From Catajapyx aquilonaris (taxonomy: Eukaryota), in contig JYFJ02002658.1 of the NCBI GenBank assembly GCA_000934665.2, forward strand, positions 1 to 53,087: DNA of 53,087 nucleotides, given 5' to 3'. Numbering within the stretch: the first letter of the stretch is position 1; each line of letters opens with the position of its first letter. Below, piece after piece: positions 1 to 13,924 of this stretch. The position numbers and the translations under genes were made by a program. Below the pieces are notes generated by a model. It made no database searches. It had not been told where the DNA came from and saw only the letters and a program-made list of their open reading frames with translations.

Positions 1-3000
1 AATGCACATTTGATCAATATAGCCCCAAAATGAGTTAATCTTATCTTCCTTTCGCCAGAGTCTTATCAGGTCGCGGGTCTTATCTGTACTTTTTTTTCAC
101 CTCCCCCAGCTTCCCAATCCCCCCCTACGTCTGCCACCGTTCACACTGTTAAATACCTTACTCTTTCGCCTCACTGGATTTCGCAAGATGTTGTGCGGGA
201 TTGCTCTGAATAGCCAGGATAACGTTAGAAATCGGCTCGCAAGGGAACTGATTCAATCAATATGTCGGCGACTGTACAACAAATATGCATTGCACTGTAC
301 ATGCAATTTTGATTTCACTTCCATTACCATTAATTGATCTTTCTTGACTGAGACATGCAGTGTTTCTCTTTGACATCTTCATCATTCTGAAATTGAAAGT
401 TAGAGGTGTATATAAGGAAGGAACAAACACAGAGCCTTGCAACAGACACAGTCCAATTCCAGAAACGCAGTTTGCTCACCCAAGTACTGTAATAAGAAAC
501 ATTACACTGTAGCCTACATTGCATAATCAACCATGAATATTTCATCCACATCACTCTATTTTGCTGACTATTAGGTCAACTTGGAGGTTCCTTACAATGC
601 TGGAGCAAAGCTATGCCAGCTATGCTCGGTGACTAATATGTGCATGATATGCATAGCCCGGCCCGTGCGTTTCCATCGCCGTCGTCTATACGTCGTGCGT
701 GCTGCGAGACACCATACATCCATCGTAAAATTGCACTAAACTATAATTATTTCCTCCTATATCTGTCTTGTATGCAACGCAAGCCAGGAACGTGAATAAA
801 ACTAGACCTTAGGAGAAACTTTTGCTCTTGTATTTCGCGAGAAGCGACAGACAGGGCCCGAGAGAGCCAACGTAGGCCCCTGGACAAATAAGGTGTCGGG
901 CCCTAGGCATCCATACTCAAATGGTTGTTTTTCATTTTCTTGTCTCCCTCACATTATTATAGTTGCCAATTTCCTTGTGCTTAAGTTATATTGGCTTACA
1001 CTGCATTTTTCATGTAAACCCTTGAAATTTCAAAATTGTGTGTGTCGGGGGGAGGATTAAAATATTGGTCGTTTAGAACTAGCACAAAAAAATAAAGTTC
1101 TCAATAATGATAAAGCAATCAGGTTTGCACCACTTCCTATGTTTTGACCCACTGGACGTAGAGGCATGGCTGAGTTGTTTTGGCAAAATCGTGGACAAAA
1201 CAGTTGCAGATGACGTGACTTGCACTTTTCCATTGAGAACTCTGCTCGGTAATTCCTAGGATCCGTCCCCAACCCATCCCCACTAATTTTGAGTAGCAAT
1301 ATAATATGTTGCATGGCCTGTGGAATAATCCTCTCCGAAAGCTTAGAGCTCGCCACGTTATACAATAGCGGGATCAATAGGGAACGTGGCGCAGGTAATG
1401 GAACACACGCTGAGACCATCATATACCGTAGAATATGACATTTTAAAATTAGTAGTCAATTTTTGTAACGCAAAGCTCGCAGAATTTTAAATAATATTTG
1501 CATAAATTATTATGTGCTTGTCGTTGTAAGAACACACCTTTCGTGCTACCAGAAAAAATCTTCTCGCCCTGTAGCAGCTGACAGCCCATGCAGACAGCCG
1601 ATATAGAACCAATCAATAGAGCAGTGCCAGGATTATTGACAGTCAACACTCGATTGCCAATCAAGTGAGGTAAATGTAGACACAATCACTTCAGCTGTTT
1701 TGCAATATAAATATGTTTAACCGTGTTGGAAGTGTTATTAATCTACAGAACATGAAGTGCTGCATGTAGTGTACAGTACATATTAATGCAGCATCAGCAA
1801 GTTTTTTTAAATTTTAAAAACTATGACACGGCAATATCAAGCGTTTAAAATGTTCTATAATAATTGTTTGCATAGTTCTATTGTAACATTTTGGTCTAAC
1901 CTGAAGAATCTGCTTTTTTATTTTGTGAGTTTAACGGTAAAATTTGACAGCACATTTTCTTTGGGAGGTACCAGGACGTGAGGACGTGAAATCGGTCAAA
2001 AACAAAACACCCCATCACACTTTAGGCTTGAGCATAATTTGTACGGACATCGGCACCTGGCAGCACGTACAACGGTCCCTTATATTGTGCAATGCAGTGT
2101 ATCCTACCCGTTGAACCCAATCGACCCTAATGGGACGGCTTTTAGACTCAAAGTCAAAATGTGAAAAGGGAGGTGCTAGGTCGTGCCATGTAGAATTCAC
2201 GCCATCTGTCCATCGCGGACGCATATGGGCATAGCAGCCAAAAAACAAATTGTCCACACTAAAACAGCGCCCTACATCATCACCTCCCATGTTAACTACG
2301 TGACAAGTCATGGAGATGTACTGTTTTGACGAATGCTGAATTTTAAACATGTGTCGCACATGTTGAATAACATCAGGTTATTTAGCTATAAAAGTGAATG
2401 TCTCGTATTACTCGCATCGAAGATCAAATATCGACCATTATGCTGGGTTGCGTTATCTATTTGACACCTCTATCAACTTTTTGGGAGATATGTAAAGTCC
2501 CTAGATTCCATGGTAAAATTAGATAATGTTAGTAAATTTGAACCCTTTGTTAGCAGATCTGCAGATGAAGGGGTGTTCATAATTTGATTAGATTTTTCAT
2601 GCATTAATTTGTAGCCCATATTCTTTGGTATCAGCCGTCAAGGTATTCTTGTACTCTGCATAAAAGAAACATCTATAAACATACTAGATAGAGTGAAAGC
2701 AATTTGCCTGAATATTGAAACAATCCGTTTCATATATGATGGCAGTTAAGGCTCCGAAAGCGATCCCGCTGACTATAGCTAAATCGTGACCTGGATGACA
2801 TAGAGGCGCACTCCATCCTGGAAATTGGGCGACAGTGACAAACAATTTCAAGAAATTGCTGGAAAGCCTGTGAGTTAGGGAACCGAAAAGGGGGTCTGAG
2901 GTCTGCAAAGCACGCACAGACAGTTTGCCTGAGGGTAGAGAACAGGTTATGGAATGCTGGATCGGTTGCCAAGAGTAACAAGGAACCCCACATGCATAAT

Positions 3001-4605
3001 GTCTTCAGTGTTCAGAACTCACGTAACATATGCGATGATGCGGAAAACCACGTAGAATCAAATCAAAGCATTTGCCCAACAGTTATTTACGACTTACTAA
3101 TACTGTACTTGGTTGGCAGTTCATGTTTATATTATTTTAGTAAGTGATATTTAGCTCAAAAGAAGTAAAACCGGAGCTTGAATCATTCTGGTTATAATTA
3201 ACACCGTCCTTTACCCGTGAAGTGTAACCTTGAGAAATGACGATTGCAACAAGTAGCATCATTACCAAACTTAACGATCTTGTGCATGAATGCTCATCTA
3301 ATTAGATCCAGTGTACTTACGTCACAGAAAAATAACTTGAAATATGCAGACTTTTTTTTGCGAAAAAAAATTCTACGTCGCAAAATTTCTTATAAATTAT
3401 ACTCTGAACGACTGCTTCATCTTTATTTACGCTTTGTGGGTCTCTTGGGGGGTAAAAATTGTGCCTAATTACTGTATCTATAAAATGTTTTCTATCATCA
3501 CTTGATTTTTATTACTGACATCATTTTGTGTTCCTAACATCCAGCCACTCCAATCCCACTTTTTCATCATTTCCTAATGAGAGTAGGTACAATCGGATGA
3601 ACTGCCAGGATAAAAACTTACGACAAAATAGTATATCAGGCTGAAGAGCAGAAAAGATCAAAATAATCCCATCGTTAAAAATGCTTCTGGCATTTATCTC
3701 AACTCCCATGAAAGGTGAGCCTGGTTTTGATCTCGGATCTTATCTGCTGCTTCCCAAGAAAATCCCCCAAGGAGCAAGGGGAGAGAAGGGGGGCCCGCAG
3801 AAATAAGGCAATCAATTTCACGTCAAATCTTTTCCCCCGGATTAGATTTGGGCACGGAATTCCACGCAGAAGTGGAACTCCTGCCTACAAATGAAATTGC
3901 TAAGCCTATGGTTTTGGGCAACAAACTAATAAAATATTGATGGCCTCTGTCCCCCTTTATTCGGTTATGGTCTATCCAGGGTTAGGCGCTTCTGTTTTGT
4001 TGGCTACCGAACATGCTGGAACCGACACTAACTCTTCGAGCCTTTTCATACGGGAGATATTTATGCGAGGAATGGACCCATATCTTATACCAGAGGCAAA
4101 CAGTGAGGGTTTTTTTAATGCTGTGAAAGGATATCGTGTTGGTGAGGTGTACAGTACTCTGGTGATTTACTTGCTATTCATGACTTGTCATGCGCCAAGA
4201 AAGGCCTCTTCACACTTGAATTGATGGTTAAATATGAATTATGCGGCATAGTTAGTAGTGATTCAAGGAATGGTACCGTAGGTGTATTTTTTCAGAAGAC
4301 TTAAAAACTGGGATATGTGTCAAAAGTGTAATTGCAGGCTTTCATTAGAATATAATAATAGGCCCTATACAGTATTTCAATTTTTGTTCAATTTTGTGAA
4401 GGTGGCTAAGTTTTTTATTTTCATGCGACATATAAATTACGTCCATCAAAATCAAAATCATACAAATCTATCTGAATCTATTATATTTGACTGACACAGT
4501 GGTTTTAATTAAACTGTGTCGAGTTTTACAGGCAGATGAAAAATCAATAGGTGGTGTGTCTGTGATCAAACCATTGCGCCAGAATTCACGTTTGACATTT
4601 CCTTA

Positions 4606-4717
4606 CACAGTGTTTCATAAATACATTTACATCTAGGTATTAACATCTAGGATGAATTTCTCAATATCAGTAGCTTACCTTGAAACGTTGCGTAAATAAT
4701 TACGAAAACACCCTGTG
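4606..4717. mobile_element. Possible degenerate Tc1/mariner-type MITE remnant
   Basis: Left end CACAGTGTTTCATAA. The right end reverse-complemented reads CACAGGGTGTTTTCGTAA. These are imperfect inverted termini resembling the CAGGGTG end of the 5339 element. Confidence 0.3.
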
Positions 4718-5338
4718 TTATTGTAAATACTGTATATTTATTCCCAAATTAGGTCCACCATTGACTTTAATGAGATATACCCATATATGCTATTTATTTC
4801 TTAAGCGAAATCGCAATTTACTAAGGTGTCGCTCACATTCTTGCTGAGATTTCTTCATTCAAAATAATTATGCATTACTGTGTTGGCTTATTTATAATCC
4901 AAAGACTTTTGGTTTGAATGATAACATTTGCATCCTCCCATGACTTACCAAATAAAGAAGAATTGTTATGTGTCGCTGAAAAACTTCTTTTAATCTCCTA
5001 CATTTTCCCGTCACTTTATTATCACATAAAGTTAGAAGTGGAGTAATAACTTCCAGAAGGGAAGATAAAAATACTAACATTAGGCCCCCAACTTTGTCTA
5101 TACAACTGGAACTGGAACTGGCATATCCACACGGTACATTTGGTTTATATCCTCTTAGGCCCGAGTCTCGCCAATGGTTTTACTTTGATATATGCAAAAA
5201 ATTTGCAGATAAAATTGCTGCTCTTTATTCTTCACCTCAAAGTGAACAATTCGAACTAGCATAGCCAGCTCCAATTTTTTTACACACATCGTCAGAAGCA
5301 AACTAAATATTTGCGAGAACAAAAAGAGGTGGCTTATA

Positions 5339-5761
5339 CAGGGTGTATCTGAACTCAGTGCCCCGACGTATATGACTGCCTTCCTAGCCACCAGAGGATC
5401 GATTTAAATATAGGAGTCATATGTTTGGGCAGCCTCATTACTGAGATACACTCTTTAGCGATTTTTGCCTAATCGCTCCTTCTGACTTTGAAATATAATT
5501 TTCTGGTGTAACTAGCCAAAGAGGCCTTACCACCTGTGGGCAACAAACCAACAAAGTCCTGCCCCCAGACCTTCCAGAGCCTTCTGACTGGGGGAGGGTT
5601 CGATGGGTGGCCTAACCGACAGGATATTTTGTACTACATGTTTGCGGCCAATTATCTCCGTAATGCGGCGGCCAAACATAATGACTCCTATACTTAAATC
5701 TATCCTCTGGTGGCTAGGAAGGCAGTCATATACGTCGGGCACTGAGTTCAGATACACCCTG
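5339..5761. mobile_element. MITE, Tc1/mariner superfamily-like, ~110-bp terminal inverted repeats, TA target-site duplication
   Basis: TA|CAGGGTGTATCTGAACTCAGTGCCCCGACGTATATGACTGCCTTCCTAGCCACCAGAGGAT... at the left end is mirrored by ...ATCCTCTGGTGGCTAGGAAGGCAGTCATATACGTCGGGCACTGAGTTCAGATACACCCTG|TA at the right end. The IR continues with mismatches to ~5447 / ~5654. No transposase ORF inside. Confidence 0.9.
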
Positions 5762-8700
5762 TATAGTGCAAACAAAACCTCGATAGAAAGTTTGAATAAT
5801 AACCATCGCAGCTTATGTGCAGCTGCCTGAATCGCATTCATTCTGGGTGAAGGACAGAAAATTAGTGCACAGGAACATAGTGCGCCTGAAATGGAATACA
5901 CCCTTGTTATGCATGAGATGCAACGTTCTTTTTCTTAACAAAAAAAAAGTGTTCCGCGTTTGCTACTTTACCACCATGAGACTTTCAAATGAAATTGAGC
6001 ACCAAACTTCCATGCATTTCTAATGTAATTGCTCACACGGAATATTATATTGCTGGGAAAAAGTAAATTGTATTTGGAAAATAATGGATCCTGCAATAAT
6101 AGCTCAACACGTCAGGCAGAATATTTAAGTCAACTATACTTTTACAGGCCGTAATGCGAAAATGAATGGGCACATTGTGGGCCACCATATTTATTGTAAT
6201 ATTCATAAGCAGGCCATTCTGCACATTCGACCTATTATTCCAAATATGGCATTACGAATAATTGTGTATTAAAATTTGACAAAAATTGCGTTCACCACTC
6301 TTTTTTTAGTTTTACTTCAACCTTCAAATGGAGCATCCACTTCTTGTGATAGGCTATGCACCAATGTTATTTTGTCCCGATAGCAGCGCATGAGTTGCTA
6401 GACAAACAAGGTAGAACAGAAGCCCCCCCCCCCTCTTTTTTTTATAAAAAAAGTGTACTGGACGCAGATCAAAACTTTGTCAAAACTTGTCCTCCTCTGG
6501 CGGCATATGTTTGATCTATGTATAGATGAATAGTGATTTTGAACTGTCCAAAAGCCCTCCATCGCCCCTTTCAAAAAAAATGTCCTCAGAATTTTGTAGC
6601 AGGGAGCAATAAATGCGCCGTGAAGTGCTGTTAATTTATTAATGCTTCGTGTGTAGGGCTATTTAGCAAAAATATTCATGTGTGTCCATGGCGCATCTGG
6701 CATTTGTGTGTGCGATGCAGTCCGATATAGCAGAAAAATGTTCCTGTCCCAGTATTAACGAGCCATTAAGCCTGGAATGGGTCTGTTGCGGGTGTACCTG
6801 CGCAACATACTCTTGGTCACAATGAGTGGCAAACTCGGCTAGTACATGTCAAAAATCCATATTTAACCTCAAAATGTATACCCTTAAAAAAATAGGACAC
6901 GTTATCATTTTTACGGCGTCGCCCAATAATTATTCGTACCAAGTGCACGGTGGGTCACACGATATTTGCGATAACACACAGCAAACCACACTTGATCCCC
7001 GTTAGAAGCAATCCCATGATGCTATCATCAGGGCTTTTAGTTTTTGTCGAACAGACCATATCGGATGTCATGCCCTGCTGCAGTAATCATTGAGGTTCGC
7101 TTTGTCCTATAATCAGCCCCTACTTGTTGAGTGATCAATCCCCAGCATCCATTCACTACCAGCCGGTTTTTTTGTGTTTCAGAGGTGAACCCTGTTGATT
7201 TGGGACGCTTCAAAATCCACAATGGCGGAGACCATGTGAGTTTATATCCGCCATGTTGAACGCCCCTCTCTTATCTCATTTGCTACTAGTTTTTTAAATA
7301 GTGGGGGGATGTGCTGCCTTGTATGTACAGAGGAGTAAAAACCTCGGTGGACTTGCAGCCAGTTTACAGCAATCAAAATACATATTTGAATGTCCAAATA
7401 CTGGTAGGCACAGATGAAGTTGAGCTTTGGTTTTGTGAACAAAAAGTTGGGAGCCACTGCAGTGTCATTTTATCTGCAGTAGAATGTAGAGGGATTTGCA
7501 TACAATTGAATCAGCAATCGATCCAAGGGAGGTGTAATTAAGTCGCTGGTATAAGCATTAAAAGACAGTGATACGGGCTTGTGCAGTTGGAATTTTCAGT
7601 GAGGCAGGGACTCTATTAAAGCTTCATATTTTAAATTTTGTCAAATTAATACATAGTTTCGGGATAATCCATGATGAAATTAATATCATGGATAATAATA
7701 TTAGCCTGTTGCAGCTGCCAGTAATATTAAACATTAGTGTAAACTAATTCTGATATTTTGCTGTTATTATAGGCCAAAATCTACATAATTTCATGGTATT
7801 GGTTGGGCGTGACACATGCATGTTTACATTATTGAAACAATTCCAACACATTGGCTATCCATTCAACTCGAAATGCTTTTTAAAAGCACAGGTGCATTCA
7901 CTCACAAAAAGTAATCAAAAACATTTGAAAAAATTGTACAGTGACATTATAAGACATGGACATCCTTCCACTATTTCATGACGCACATACTGTATACTGC
8001 AGATGTCATAAGGAAGCTTTGAACGACCATGTTTGCGACAAAGGAAAGGAAAATCTGAAAAATCGAGTGCTTCAACCGTCGTAGGGGACAAAAACGAGTG
8101 GCCACGACAGAGACAAAAATAAGGGCATTGTTTCTGAGCAGACGGGAAGGAGTGACAAAGGATGATTGCCAGACATGGCCGAAGATTGGTCCAGGGGACA
8201 AGAAAAGAAGGGAGGCAGACAAATTGCCATCCAAGTTAAAACCCGGATTCACCACGGATTTCATCCGGGAACACAAAACCTTTTTCTAAATCCGCATGCC
8301 TCCGGGTCAGCCCAGCATTCAGCCAGACGTTCCTTCCGCGCATTTGGTTCATTTTACTACCCATGCGGGTCCCCTAAAAGTCGCCAACTTTGAGGTAGCC
8401 CTTTTCTTTGCCGGCCCAGATCTAATGCAGATTTTAAGCAATTCTATTCAGTTGATAGTCCCTTCGTCAATAGCGCATCTGAAGAAAAAGCCTTTGTTTG
8501 TTACAGTATTGGTGACGTATAGGTATGACCCGCATTTCAGAGTTGGAGTTTTCTTTCCGGAACTACAACTTTTTTTTTGCGAATTTAGGACAGATAGAAC
8601 ATTTTTCAAATATGCCTCTATCCATTTAAAGGGTCGAGGTCGACTTTATCTAGCCTGTTTTCTCCCAGACAACTCAATCTCAAGTGTCTAATATACGAGT

Positions 8701-9179
8701 ATTTCACCGGTATGGTAAGTATAAGGCATATACTGATACTTTCCGGGGAAATTATTGTCTTGTGTATTTGGAAATGTTAATAAACCTTTAAAAACGCCGC
8801 AAAATTCAAATTTCTGCTAAGAATACACTATATTTTTCTTACCAGTCCAAAAATGTGGTTTCAAAGATTTACGCAATAGTTACTTGTAGCACTAGCGGGG
8901 TGTGGTATCAAAGCTCTCGCATCAAAAGCACAAAATACTTGTAACATCGCATCGTATGCGATGTATCAAAAACAACTAATCGCTTATAACAGACGTCAGC
9001 TTACCATCAATCATGATCAAGTGTTGCATATCGCGCAAATATTTTAGGAGAAAACATGGAGCAACGCAACAGATTAGCAATGTTGAGAGACGTTCTCCCG
9101 CCGGTTTTTGTGAAGTCACTCTTTAATCTCGTACAGTACATGTTACACTGTGTGTAGGTACAGTAAATGTAGATAAAAC

Positions 9180-9482
9180 TAGGGATATGATTGTACTAAA
9201 ATTATATGCAACAATAAAGTCAATATCATCCATTGTTATTCCAGATGACACACCCCATTACCCCCATTTTTAAAACCGATAATGAAGCAGCCAAAAAGGT
9301 TGAAACCTCGCAAAAAGCTCACACCGCAAATATCACACATCGAAATTATCGAAAACCAATTGAAAAATGACACATAGAATTGCAAATGCGATCTGCTAGT
9401 TTCTACCACTATAATAATATCGACCGTATGATGTTTAAAAAAAATAACGATCGCTTTGGCTATGAAAATATCCACAGCCCTA
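9180..9482. mobile_element. Probable old hAT-like non-autonomous element
   Basis: Termini TAGGGATATG... and ...TCCACAGCCCTA. Flanking 8-mers GATAAAAC (9172-9179) and GCTAGAAC (9483-9490) match 6/8, consistent with a decayed 8-bp TSD. The interior has repeated ATCG/ACCG motifs. Confidence 0.45.
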
Positions 9483-12400
9483 GCTAGAACTTCACTGTGC
9501 CCTTTGCAAACATAATTATTCAGATTATTATCATCAAACAATTTTGTGTATTTTTCATGCGCATGCACTTTAACCGCCAACTTGTGAAACCCAACACACT
9601 TGCGTAAACCATAAATTAATTATTCTCCCTGTAAGACTCTCAATTGGAGCTTCTTTAAACACAAGCCCACATTAAGACATTGTTATTCTCCGGCTGACCA
9701 CACTGGTTGAAGCCCACCTAAAATAACCTTTCTATGCAATGCAGCAGTGTTCTTTCTCAGGATCCTGTCACGTCGCCCCCGTAAATCCTTATGAATGGGT
9801 GGACTGAAATACACTGCTGTATTCAAACCTTCGGCGGGCCTTTGTTAGTCTCTCGTGTCAATATCCTCCTGAACCGGGTCACAATCAGGGAGGGCCATTT
9901 CCGGTTTTTTGTTCGAAACTCCAATAAAAGACAATGCAACTCTCAATGCACCGTCAGCATTTCTCTTTAAAAAGTTTATTGACAATGGATAATGACAAAA
10001 GAACCTAAAAGTAATCAAGTTCCTAATACTTAACTTCCGGTACAAGATGGTTAATATTACCGGTCCATGTCAATAAAGCGTCTTCCTTCAGCAAAAGGTG
10101 TTCTAATTGAGCAAAATTCCCGGGTGAACACGCGTCTTGAAAAGCCTGCAAAAAAATATATCCCATTCGAGTCGTCTCATTTCCCTAAAACGTAATTCCC
10201 ACCGCGGATAAATTGCACCTGCAATGGACCGTGTTGAAGAGATTATGCAAAACCTGGGCATTGATCACTGAACAGCACTAAAACTAACGAATCCCCGCCT
10301 GCGCTGACGAATTCCACTGAACTGCAGAGCATTTTCACGGATTTATTGGCCCTACCCGTCGTACTCTGTTTTTTTCAGGGTATGGTATAGTTTACATTCA
10401 AACTACTCCGAACCAGCAAAGCGTGTAGCACGCGATGAAAAATTGGCGAAAGGAAAATCCAGGCAGTCTCTTATGCACTGTGCACACTACACGTGTCATA
10501 GCACTATGCTTATGTCAGTTTCGGAGGGCAATAAATTCCGATTGGTAGAATCACGCGATGTGAATTGCTGAGAAATGTGACTGAGTTGTGCTTCCAACCA
10601 TGACAGGGTTTGTTAATATCTAATAAGCTTTTTTGGGGGGGCATGTCTTATACTGAATTAACTATAGGTCTGTCAAGCATATGTCATCCACAGTAATCAA
10701 CGTGTGCCATTTTTATGACACAATGCAAATGGTTTTTGTTAGTCGGTAGTATGGAATTGCACAATGCAGTATAGTACTCTGAATGGAAACCCACATGGGA
10801 TTTTAATGTACGAGGGCAGCAGATGATAGTTCAGTAATCAGAAGTCAAATAGACATCCTCATGGGGGTTGTGCTTTAGAATAAAAATGGATTATTAGCTG
10901 CCGCATTGCAAAATTACGTTTGTGATAGATGGACGCCTGTGGAGTGCATATAATCCACTTGGTACACAATTCCCTATGTAACAATTATTGTAATTGCGAG
11001 TCATTTCAAATTCCATTGGATAGGGTAATATAACATTCGAAAAATTGGCAATAAAAGTGCCACCCGCTTTTCATAGCGTTCAAACGAGGAGAACAGATGG
11101 CAAAGGTTTTTTTTTCTCTTATCAAATTTTTTTCTAGCCCTTAACGACCTATCGCACGGCATATCCAACTACGTGGTTATGTACAATAGGTTCCGTCACT
11201 ATGATTGATGATGGTAAATCATTTTTTTCCCCCTACCTGGTTGAAAAGGTACAGAGCGCAACATCCGCACTTTCCCTAATAGACTTATGGCCCTGGCTGA
11301 TATTGTGCAGGATTTTTCGCACACTCTCTAGATAAGAGCTGGGTCTAAAGTGCCACCTTGGGCAGTATAGGGCAAGGTATAGGGAATCGAAGCTGAAGGC
11401 TTGCAACACAACGAAAGGTAAATAAATCAAACTGGGCGGTCTTTTTGGAAGAAGCGGCCGTCAATACGAACAGCTGAGACACTTTTCTAATAACCTCTTA
11501 CACGAAAAGGATCCCTGATGTTGACATGGCAAATACTGGCTCGTCTACTTCTAGCTTTCCAAATGGGTAGAATTTCACTCTGGGCTTGTCGACAAGGGGC
11601 TTAATCCCATGAACGTGGCCAAAATATTTCAGTAGATTTCAAATCTGATCGTAACGTTTTTCTGAGGATTTAAAACCAGCTTTCCTACAATCTGCCAAAT
11701 TTGTTGGTAAATATTTACCTCGTTGGAAAAGGTAAATAGTGTCGCAAATTTCATTTATAAAAGCACAGCACCGAATGCGGTGGATTAAAAGGGCGATGTC
11801 ACGTCGCGGACCAGGAAATCAAATAAAAACACAAATTTGCATCAAATAAAAACAACAAGCATTTCAATGGACTTTGAGTGGTTGTGTTGCTGTATAGATA
11901 GAACCATGCATCAATACATATTAATGAGACTATCCGCGTATCGGGCGCATAAAACCACGAGCTTTAAATATTTCACATTCATAATAGTACACCGACACCA
12001 ATCGCATTGCATAGAAGCGCATAGTTGTAAATGAGCCAGTATGAATAATGAGATTCGGCTAAATCCCGCCAACTCCATTTAGCAGACAGTAAATTGTCAC
12101 ATATTGTCCTATATGGCTATTAATGGCACGACGTAAATTGATTTAAAAAATGCAGTAACGCGGGTGTGCACTGTGCACACATCACAGATTTGCAATTTCC
12201 ACACTGTACATTATTTTTGCAGGTTGAAACTCTTTTTTTTTTGTTCCAAGCACAAATCCGCCGCACCCAAACACTTGCGCGCAGAATTGCTGCAGCGGAA
12301 TTAGCGAGATGAATTTTTCATATCTTGTCCGCTGGCACACGAAACATCGTCACTCTTCATAAGCTGCCAACTTTCCACAGTCGTGATTTTTCATGCCGCA

Positions 12401-13859
12401 CATTTAAGCACAGATGCATATTACACGCAGGTGGTAGGTTTACATAGCGGTTGATGCATACCTCCCGACATTGGCAGGTTTAATTAATTGAAGGTCCACT
12501 CTTGGTCAACCGAGCTATGAATCTGCTTCATCTGTGGTTGCCTAATGACCAAACGGTTGGTTTGCAATATGGGAACGTTATGAATTGATACGTTGAAACT
12601 CTCGATCAACACTCACAATGGCTTCCGGGGTTTTGCTGTAATCCAGTTTGACACATGGAGTTATCATCAGGCTTTAGCGTCCCAAGCTGAAGACTTGGGT
12701 GTAACATTAATATTCATATGATACGTGTAGCCGGTGTAGCCTACACTGTTACGAGCAAAACATACGTGCAAACAACATTTTAAATACACATCATATCGCC
12801 ACAATTAAAAAGTAATTAACTACACATCTAAAATCACATTTTGTATGTAGGGGACATCCTGAATTATTAAAAATAATGATTAGTGCCTTTCAAAAGCGCC
12901 CTTTTTGCAGGCCTACACCTGGTTAATAATCTCATGAATGTTGTCCCAGAGCAGTAATTATGTGATGCCGAGCATTTTGATTAATTTGAAAATAATGCGG
13001 GATGAATAGGATTAACAAAATGAAATCATCTTCTTATGCGGGTTATGTTACAAATGCTGGCTCGCATTTGTGATAAGCCCTGGGCCGGTGGTCAAAAGTT
13101 GCCGTAATTATAACAGCTGACATCCTGGTCCCCTAAAATATAATGCAAGGCCTTGCTTTCCAACTGGGCTTCCAGTTGAGGAAGTTTGAGTGCCGGAATT
13201 TCCGCAAAATTACGGGAGGTACAAATTATTCCCTGGTGGCAAACAGTCAGGTGAGACCTTCCGGCACAATAATTATCTCGGATTTTAAAAGGGTGTACTG
13301 ACATTGCCTTATAATCAGCGCCGGCCCTATAAAAATAGGGCCCTGGTTGTTTAAACTCGAAAACGGCATGATTATGCTGATATTATACAGTAGGTTTAAG
13401 CCTACATAATACTATAGTCTTCTGCACTCTAAGACCACCTCGTAATTAACTAAAGTTAGAAATATCTAGTTACACAAACCCATTATTGCGGACAGTGTTG
13501 GTCCTCAGCGACATAATGCTCGTATATATACTGTAAGTGTGACTTTCCTAATAATTATGTGAGGGCTTTCATCTCGAAGCGTATGCAGTAAGTGCGACTG
13601 AATTGAAGTCCTATTTAGCAGTATACCGTCTCAGAAAATCGATATGAGATGTGCAAAGGTCTCTGATATATTAATCTCGATGTCGATTTGGCAGGCTTAA
13701 GTGTACAAGCTGATTTAAATTAATTTTACCAACTACGGAACAGGGTATGGCAGTGGCAGAAATAATCAATACACTCACTCATAAGACTAGCTATTCTTCT
13801 CGACGTTTCATAATCTTGGAAATAAATCGAGCCGTGAAAAAAAAGGAAAGTGAGGAAGG

Positions 13860-13924
13860 AATTTCAAAATTTATGACATCCTCTAGGACCCAGGGAATTA
13901 AGACGTGTCATAAATTTTAAAATT
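13860..13924. repeat. 19-bp inverted repeat (18/19) with 27-nt spacer
   Basis: AATTTCAAAATTTATGACA ... TGTCATAAATTTTAAAATT. Confidence 0.65.

Noticed and set aside
853..904. AGGGCCCGA/TCGGGCCCT inverted repeat resembling a hAT MITE end
   Set aside because: Only 9 bp, with no TSD and no matching distal terminus found.
2015..2359. RW...W-x4-P-x5-DF spacing resembling the Tc1/mariner WPxxSPDL..DF motif
   Set aside because: The key SPDL residues are absent and the flanks show no transposase similarity. Probably chance; only BLASTX could rescue it.
3641..3658. CTGAAGAG..GAAA hammerhead-core-like string
   Set aside because: No pairing for stems I or III and no NUH site. Other CTGANGA hits I checked also lack GAAA and stems.
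13092..13304. HYILGDQ resembling the Harbinger transposase LGDxxY motif
   Set aside because: Too short, and no other catalytic motifs are in frame.
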